Part shown: piece by piece, positions 56,924-64,000 of the stretch
Layout: each line of letters starts with the position of its first letter
Numbering within the stretch: position 1 is the stretch's first letter
From: an uncultured delta proteobacterium
GTDB lineage: Bacteria > Myxococcota > Myxococcia > Myxococcales > Myxococcaceae
Assembly (NCBI GenBank): GCA_963771175.1
Contig: CAVYSY010000022.1
Span: 1 to 64,000 of the forward strand
DNA length: 64,000 nucleotides
Reading direction: 5' to 3'
Notes under the pieces: generated by a model
The model's database searches: none
What the model saw: only the letters and a program-made list of their open reading frames with translations
Told to the model about the DNA's origin: nothing
Made by a program: the position numbers and the translations under genes

Positions 56924-58053
56924 ATGCAGAAGCTTCATCGGCAGGGACAGAAGGGCAAGGCGCCAGTGTGGAAGGTGCTGGTGGCGGGCGGGCTGGTGCT
57001 GACGCTGGGCGGCGGTTGTGGCTCGCGAGGGGATGCGGCGCAGACGAAGAGCGCGGCGCAGCAGTCCGCGGCGCCCGAGTCCGCGGTGAAGGCGGACACG
57101 GTGGAGGTGGGCGAGGCGAAGGTTCCGCGCTTCCTCACGCTCACCGGTTCGCTGTCGGCCTACGAGGACTCGGACGTGGCGGCTGGCGCCGACGGGCAAG
57201 GTGGTGTCCGTGCACGTCGAGCGCGGCTCGGTGGTGAGCAAGGGCGACGTGCTGGTGAAGCTGGACGCGCGCGCGGCGTCGGCGAGCCTCGAGGAGGCCC
57301 GGGCCCAGATGACCCTGGCGAAGTCGCAACTGGAGCTGGCCAACGCCGAGTGCGAGCGCAACGAGAAGCTCTTCGAGGGCGGCACCGTCTCCACGGCCGA
57401 CCATGATCGCGCCCAGGCCCAGTGCCGCAACGCGGCGGCGCAGGCCGCCTCCGTCGCCGCGCGCCTGTCGCTGCTGGAGATCAACGCGACGGACACCACC
57501 ATCCGCGCCCCCTTCGACGGCGTGGTGGCCGAGCGCGTGGTGTCCGTGGGCGAGTTCGTCCGTCAGGACTCGCAAGGTGGTGACGCTGGTGTCGCTGGAT
57601 CCGCTGCGGCTGGAGCTCACCGTGCCGGAGTCCTCGGCGGCCTTCATCCAGAAGGAGCAGGCGGTGGAGTTCACCCTGACGGCGGCGCCGAGCGTGGTGC
57701 ACCAGACGAAGGTGTCCTTCGTGGGCGCGGGCCTGCGCCGGGCACGCAGGGATCTGGTGGTGGAGGCGCTCGTGCCCAACAAGGAGCGCGCGCTGCTGCC
57801 GGGCCAGTTCGCCACCGCGAAGGCTGCAGCTGGGCGAGCAGCCGCTGCCGGTGGTGCCGCGCACGGCGGTGCGTGGGGGAGGGCGCTCGCCGCAAGCGTC
57901 TTCGTGGTGAGCGACGGCCGGCTCGAGGAGCGCCTGGTGCAGGTCGGCGAGTCCGCTGGGGACTCGCTGGGCGTGATGGCAGGCGTTCGCGCCGGCGAGC
58001 GCGTGGTGGCGGTGGCGCGGGACGACCTGCGCGACGGCCAGAAGCTGCAGTAG
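56924..58053 (+). CDS. RND efflux periplasmic adaptor (frameshifted)
   Basis: V..G..V.KGD.L..LD, IRAPFDG.V, LLPGQF, G.RAGERVV. Confidence 0.9.
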
Positions 58054-58069
58054 GCGAGGGCTACCTCAC

Positions 58070-61000
58070 ATGCAGTGGCTCGCGAGCATCTGTGTCCGTA
58101 AGCCCGTCTTCGCGTCGGTGCTCATCCTGTTCATCTGCGTGCTCGGCGTCGCCGGGTACGTCGAAGCTCAGCGTCGACCGCTTCCCCAAGATCGACTTCC
58201 CCGTCGTGGTGGTGGTGACGCGCCTGCCGGGCGCCGCTCCCGAGGAGATGGAGACGGACGTCACCGAGAAGATCGAGGAGGCGGTCAACACCATCTCCGG
58301 CATCGACGAGATGACCTCCATCACCTCCGAGGGCGTCAGCCAGGTGCTGATCACCTTCGTCCTGGAGAAGGACGTCGACGTGGCCGTGCAGGAGGTGCGC
58401 GACCGCATCGGCCAGATCATCCCCGACCTGCCGCGCGACGCGGAGACGCCGGTGGTGCAGAAGTTCGATCCGGACGCCGTGCCGGTCGTCATCCTGGCGC
58501 GTCCACGGCGGAGCGGCCCGTGCGGGAGATCACCGAGTACGCGGACCGCGTGCTGCGCCGGAGGCTGGAGACGGTGCAGGGCGTGGGCCAGGTGACGCTC
58601 ATCGGTGGCCGCAAGCGCCAGGTGAACGTGTGGATGGACCCGGTGAAGCATGCGGGCGGCGGGCGTGAGCGCGGCGGAGGTGCAGCGCGCCTGGCCGGGC
58701 AGAACCTGTCGATGCCCGGCGGCAGCATCGAGACGGGCCCGGAGCGCCTCACCGCTGCGTCTGCGCGGGCGCGTGCAGCAGCGTGGAGGAGCTGGGCCAG
58801 CTGGTGCTGCGCGAGAGCGACGGCCACATCCTGCGCGTGCGGGACGTGGCCCGGGTGGAGGACGGCGAGGAGGAGGCGGAGACGGCGGCGCCAGCCGCGA
58901 CGGCAAGCCCGCGGTGCTCCTGTCCATCCGCAAGCAGTCCGGTGAGAACACCGTGGCGCTGGTGGAGGAGGTGCGCCGAGCGCGTGGAGCGAGCTGCAGC
59001 CCGACGCTGCCGCGCGGGCTACTCGCTGGAGGTGGTGCGCGACAACTCGGAGACCACCCTCACCAGCGTGAACGCGGTGAAGGAGCACCTGCTGCTGGGC
59101 GGTATCTTCGCCGCCCTGGTGGTGCTGCTCTTCCTGGGAAGCTGGCGCAGCACCCTCATCGCCGCGCTCGCCATCCCCACCTCCATCATCGGCACCTTCG
59201 CGGCTGATGAGCGCGATGGGCCTCAACCTCAACACCATCAGCCTGCTGGCGCTCGCGCTGGCGGTGGGCATCGTCATCGACGACGCCATCGTGGTGCTGG
59301 AGAACATCCACCGCTTCATCCACGAGAAGAAGCTCAAGCCCTTCCCGGCCGCCATCCTGGCCACCAAGGAGATCGGCCTCGCGGTGCTCGCGACCACGCT
59401 GTCGCTCATCGCGGTGTTCCTCCCGGTGGCCTTCATGGGCGGCATCCCCGGGCGCTTCCTGAGCAGCTTCGGCTGGACGATGGCCTTCTCCATCGCCGTG
59501 TCGCTGCTGGTGTCCTTCACCCTCACGCCCATGCTGTGCGGCGCGCTGGCTGATGGGCGGCCGATGGGCCCCGAGCGACGGCCACCACCGCAAGCCGCTG
59601 CTCGAGCGCCTCACCGACAAGGTCTACCTGCCCATCGAGCGCGCCTACGAGCGCTCCCTGCGCTGGGTGATGGCGCACCGCTGGGTGGTGGTGGTGGCGT
59701 CGCTCGCCACGCTCGGCTCGTGCGTGCCTCTCATGGGGGCGGTGCCCAAGGGCTTCCTGCCCAAGAGCGACGAGGCCCTGTTCCAGGTGACCATCCGCGC
59801 TGCCGGAGGGCACCAGCCTGGACTCCACCCGCCTCGTCGCCGAGCGCGTGGCGCGCGACATCCGCGAGAAGCTGCCGGAGACGACGCTCCACGCTCATCA
59901 CCATCGGCGACAACACGGAGCGCGCGCCCAACGTGGCCGGCATCTTCGTGAAGGTCGTCGACCCCGAGCAGCGCACGGACAGCCAGGACGAGCTCATGGG
60001 CCGGGTGCGTCGGGAGATCACCTCCAAGCTGCCCAAGGAGCTGCCGCGTGTCAGCGTGTCCAACGCGCCCCTCTTCAGCGGCGGCGGCTCGCAGGCGGCG
60101 GTCATGTACGTGGTGACGGGCGCCGGACTTCGACGAGCTGGGCAAGCAGGCCAGCATGCTGCTGGAGAAGCTGAAGACGATCCCCGGCGTGGTGGATGCG
60201 GACAGCAACCTCATCGTCGGCAAGCCCGAGGTGAGCGCGTACATCGACCGCTCGCGCGCCGCGGACCTGGGCGTGCAGGTGCCCGGACGTGGCCAGCACG
60301 CTGCAGCTGTTCGTGGGCGGCCTCGACGTGTCCACCTACGTGGAGAACGGCAACCTGTACGACGTGCGCGCTGCGCGCCGAGCCGGGTTCCGCGAGACAG
60401 CCTGGAGGCCCTCGCCCAGCTCACCGTGCCCACCCCGCGGCTCGGGCACCGTGCCGCTGATGGACGTGGTGCGCCTGCAGCGCGAGGAGGGCCCCTCGCA
60501 GCATCAACCGCATGCAACCGCCAGCGGCAGGTGATGCTTATCGGCCAACACCGCGCCCGGCGTGGCTCGGGCCAGATCGTGGACGCAGTTCGACAAGGTC
60601 ATCGCGGAGTCGAAGCTGCCGGCCGGCTACGTCGGCGAAGCCCGTGGGTCAGTCGCGAGATCGGCCGCACGGTGCAGGAACTTCGCTCCTCGCCTTCGCG
60701 CTGTCCTTCATCTTCATGTACCTGATCCTCGCCGCGCAGTTCGAGAGCTGGATCCACCCCATCACCATCCTCCTGTCGCCTGCCGCTCACGGTGCCCTTC
60801 GCGCTGGTGTCGCTGCTCGTGTTCAGGCAGGCGCTCGACATGTACTCGATGCTCGGGCCTGCTGGTGCTCTTCGGCGTGGTGAAGAAGAACTCGATTCTG
60901 CAGATCGACCACACCAACCAGCTGCGGCAGCGAGGGCACTGTCTCGGCTGGAGGCCATCGTCCACGGCAGCCGGACCGTCTGCGTCCCATCCTCATGACC

Positions 61001-61298
61001 ACGCTGTCCTTCGTGGCGGGCATGATTCCGCTGCTGACTGTCCACGGGCATCGGCGCGAGCTTCAACCGCGCCACCGCCGGCGTGGTGGTGGGTGGGCAG
61101 ACGCTGTCGCTGGTGCTCACTCTGCTGGTGACGCCGGTGGCCTACTCGCTGTTGGATGACGTGTCGGCGTGGTTCAAGCGCAAGTTCGGCTCCAAGCGCT
61201 CTCCAGAGGAGACGGGCGAGGCCGAGGTGGCGCGTGCCTATGGCGGCGACTCGCTCGGCGAGCTGCGGCCCGTACACAATAATGAGGAGGCGGCATGA
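58070..61298 (+). CDS. RND efflux permease, AcrB family (heavily frameshifted)
   Basis: [54 protein letters not shown]. Confidence 0.92.
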
Positions 61299-62563
61299 TT
61301 TCCCTGCTCGCACTGACCCTGTCCCTGACCGTGAGCGCCGCGACGCCGGTGCTCACGCTGGATGAGGCGCTCCAGGCGGCCCGGCAGGACAACCTGGACT
61401 TGAAGGTGGCGCGGGCCCGGCTGGAGCAGTCGGCGCTGCTGTCCCGCCGGGCGTGGGCTGGCTACCTACCGACGGTCTCGGTGGGTGGCGCCTACACCCG
61501 CAACTCCAACGAAGCGGTGGTGGCGTTCCCCGGGGCCCCGGAGGAGATCGTCATCCAGCCATACGACCAGTTCTCCGCCCAGGCCGAGGTGCGGCAGGCG
61601 ATCATCGCCCCGTCGCTCTGGCCCGCCATCCGCAGCGCGGGCATCGCCGAGGACGTGGCGGAGCTGAACACGGAGAACGTGCGGAGGGAGATCCTCTTCG
61701 CCGTGGCCCAGGCCTACTTCGGGGCGGCGAGCTTCCAGGAGGCCATCCGCGCCGCGCAGTTCCTGCTGGAGGTGAACACGGCGCGCGAGTCGGATACGCA
61801 GAAGCGCTTCGACGCGGGCACGGTGACGCGGGTGGCGCTCCTCCGGGCGCAGCTCGACCGGGCGCGCGCCGAGCAGGATCTGCTGCGGGCCCGCAACGCC
61901 TACTCCTCCTCGCGGCTGGCGCTCGCCACCCTCATCCAGCGGCCGCCGGACTTCACGCTGGAGCTGCCGCCGGTGCCTCAGGTGCCGGCCTCGAACGAGG
62001 ACCTCACGAAGCAGGCCCTGGAGCAGCGGCCGGACGTGGCCGCCGCGCGCCGCAACCTGGACCTGGCGTTGAGCCGCCGGCAGGGCGTGTGGTTCTCCTA
62101 CGCGCCCTCGGTGGGCTTCTCCGGCATCTACCGGGTCAGCAATGCCGCGGGCTTCGCGGGGCGGAGCGACGTGTGGGCCCTGACGCTCAGCGCGCAGTGG
62201 ACGCTGTGGGACGGTGGCTTGCGGGAGGTCAACATGCGCGAGGAGTCCGCTCGCGTGGCCGAGGCCACGGCCCTGCAGAAGCAGTCGGAGTCGCGTGCCA
62301 CGGAGGAGGTGGCCCGTGCCCGGCTGGACTACGAGAGCGCCCGGGCCAACCTGGCCAAGGCCGAGGAGGCGCTGGGACTGGCGCGTGAGACGCAGCGCCT
62401 CACGGAGATCAGCTTCAAGGCGGGCGTGGCCACGTACCTCGAGGTGGCGGACGCCAACGCCGCGCTGACGAGCTCCGAGGTGGGCGCCATCTCCGAGCGC
62501 CTGCAGACGTCGCTGGCGGCCCTGAGACTGCTCCGGGCGGCCGGCCTCTTCATGGCGGAGTAG
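61295..62563 (+). CDS. TolC-family outer membrane efflux protein
   Basis: Signal peptide, LTLDEAL, RPDV, WTLWDGG, helical repeats; ATGA-coupled to the permease. Confidence 0.92.
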   Translation: MISLLALTLSLTVSAATPVLTLDEALQAARQDNLDLKVARARLEQSALLSRRAWAGYLPTVSVGGAYTRNSNEAVVAFPGAPEEIVIQPYDQFSAQAEVRQAIIAPSLWPAIRSAGIAEDVAELNTENVRREILFAVAQAYFGAASFQEAIRAAQFLLEVNTARESDTQKRFDAGTVTRVALLRAQLDRARAEQDLLRARNAYSSSRLALATLIQRPPDFTLELPPVPQVPASNEDLTKQALEQRPDVAAARRNLDLALSRRQGVWFSYAPSVGFSGIYRVSNAAGFAGRSDVWALTLSAQWTLWDGGLREVNMREESARVAEATALQKQSESRATEEVARARLDYESARANLAKAEEALGLARETQRLTEISFKAGVATYLEVADANAALTSSEVGAISERLQTSLAALRLLRAAGLFMAE

Positions 62564-62590
62564 GGGAGGGCCGCGAGGCCCCCGGGTGCC

Positions 62591-62621
62591 GAGGGCTCCG
62601 CTCCACGTGGGCGGGGCCCTC
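62591..62621. terminator. GC hairpin between convergent genes
   Basis: 13-bp stem GAGGGCTCCGCTC/GGGCGGGGCCCTC (two G-U pairs) with no clear U-tract. Confidence 0.4.
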
Positions 62622-62623
62622 TC

Positions 62624-63211
62624 TCATTCCCAGGACAGCTCGTACACGGTGTCGAGCGGTCCCGTCGGTCGCGCGTGGATCTCCACCCCCCGCACCTGGG
62701 CGGCGGCGAACGTGGCCTCCAGCCCGGCATGCGTGTAGGGGCGGGGCATGAAGTCGCGGTTGTAGGTGAAGAGGGCGCTGTGCGGCCCCGTCAATCGGGC
62801 CGAGACCTCCGCGTCCTTCCTCGTGAGCTTGAAGGCGGGGGGGAGGGCATGGAGCAGCCGCGCCGGGCCTCCCCGGGCCAGCAGCAGCACCGTCCTTCCG
62901 GCCGTGGACCCGTTGAATCTCGCCGCCGTCTGGTGGCCCATGTGCCACACCGCCTGATCGAAGCTCCCAAACCTGCCACCCAGGAGCCACGCCGCGCTGT
63001 AGGTCATCTGGACGAGCGAGCCCATGGGGTAGTTGAAGAAGTCCATGAAGCGCCGCTCACCGGCCGCCTCGAGGCACTGCTCCACGGCGCGCTCATCCGC
63101 CAGTTGCCGCACCGTCTCCAGCACGCTGTTGAACACGATCCCGCGCACGGTCACCGAGGAATCGACGAGGGACAGCCGCCACTGCAGCTCTTCTTTCGAG
63201 CCGACGTCCAT
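62624..63211 (-). CDS. Myxobacterial TIGR02265 / DUF2378 family protein
   Basis: TVRGIVF, FFNYP, STAGRT, Y..GL.......G, YELSW C-terminus. Confidence 0.88.
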   Translation of the reverse strand: MDVGSKEELQWRLSLVDSSVTVRGIVFNSVLETVRQLADERAVEQCLEAAGERRFMDFFNYPMGSLVQMTYSAAWLLGGRFGSFDQAVWHMGHQTAARFNGSTAGRTVLLLARGGPARLLHALPPAFKLTRKDAEVSARLTGPHSALFTYNRDFMPRPYTHAGLEATFAAAQVRGVEIHARPTGPLDTVYELSWE

Positions 63212-63344
63212 CAGCAGCCTTTCGCCTGGAAGGCCCGAGCCGCCTCGGGTCTCCAGATGGGCCCACACGGGGTGGCCCGAGAGTGTGGAACACTCCCCCC
63301 ACCCTCAGCCTACGTCGTTGTGCCGGGTGCCGGTAAGGGGGGCC

Positions 63345-64000
63345 CTATTGTCCACGGCCCGTGACGATGGCCTCGAAGCGCGCGTAGCGCCGGGCCAGGC
63401 GCGAGTAGTCGCTCGGGCGGATGTCGCGCTGGTCCAGCGTCCGGGCCAGGTCCTCCCGAGCGGCGAGGTAGTCCGCGGCCGGCAGCCCACAGGCCTGCTC
63501 CAGGGCCCGTGCCGCCTCGTCCTCCGGCAGCGTGAGGGGGATGCCCAGCCGCTCATGCATCCGCCGACGGAGTTGCCGTGCCAGCTCCGGCACCAGCTCG
63601 TGCTCCACCTTCGAGCGCCGTGCCAGCCAACCCAGCGAGTGGACATACTCCAGCGCCGAGCGGTGCTTCTCCACCACCAGCGGCCTCGGGGGACCGAAGC
63701 GCGTGCCGCGCGACACCCCGTAGATCAGCCCCACCAGCAGGGCCTGCGCCGCGAACACCCACAGGCCGCGGGCCGAGGGGGGTTCCTTCCGAGGACCCAG
63801 GCCGTGGTGGTACTCGTCGAACACCAGGGGGCCCCGCGCCGCCAGCGCGTCCCAGAAGCGCAGGTTGTCGAGCAGCTCCAGCCGCCGGTTCTCCGCCAGG
63901 TCCGCGCCCGCCAGCACGTACACCTCGCCGACTCCCTCTGGCATCCGCCACAGCACCGCGGAGCCTCGCGCTCCCGCGAGCGGGACCGCTTCCGGCCGGC
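63345..64000 (-). CDS. DUF4350-like membrane protein, 3' part (runs off the window)
   Basis: FDEYHHG, TM segment, RFGPP, EYVHSLG..L. Confidence 0.7.
   Translation of the reverse strand, partial: RPEAVPLAGARGSAVLWRMPEGVGEVYVLAGADLAENRRLELLDNLRFWDALAARGPLVFDEYHHGLGPRKEPPSARGLWVFAAQALLVGLIYGVSRGTRFGPPRPLVVEKHRSALEYVHSLGWLARRSKVEHELVPELARQLRRRMHERLGIPLTLPEDEAARALEQACGLPAADYLAAREDLARTLDQRDIRPSDYSRLARRYARFEAIVTGRGQ

Overview
GC-rich chromosomal segment from a myxobacterium (Cystobacterineae; Archangium/Cystobacter-like). This assignment rests on the cdbA/cdbB pair, exoL-P, a TIGR02265 protein and a SitA-type toxin. Left half: acyl-CoA carboxylase beta subunit, a ChaN-like protein, a TonB-dependent receptor with a 5'-nucleotidase-C lipoprotein, cdbB-cdbA, then tilS-ftsH-[two-component system + GT39 insertion]-folP-glmM-pdxJ-acpS-nnr-tsaE, an esterase, a giant Ser/Thr kinase-ATPase-GAF-His kinase, and hutU-hutI with a class II amidotransferase. 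Middle: an accessory patch with a papain-fold toxin/immunity pair, E. coli-type argG, a Vps62-like lipoprotein, a beta-CASP nuclease and a DUF1624 protein. Right half: ccmABCDEFG, the sigma54-driven exoL-P spore-coat operon, a broken SitA/HNH toxin with SMI1/KNR4 immunity, several small genes, and an RND efflux operon with an operator palindrome. Many genes, including essential ones, carry clustered single-base frameshifts that look like sequencing errors. The most notable unexplained signal is a three-stem-loop, terminator-ended element with a C-rich anti-Shine-Dalgarno loop upstream of cdbA, a candidate Pxr-like sRNA. No tRNA, rRNA, CRISPR array or transposase was seen. All family assignments come from motif recognition, not database searches.
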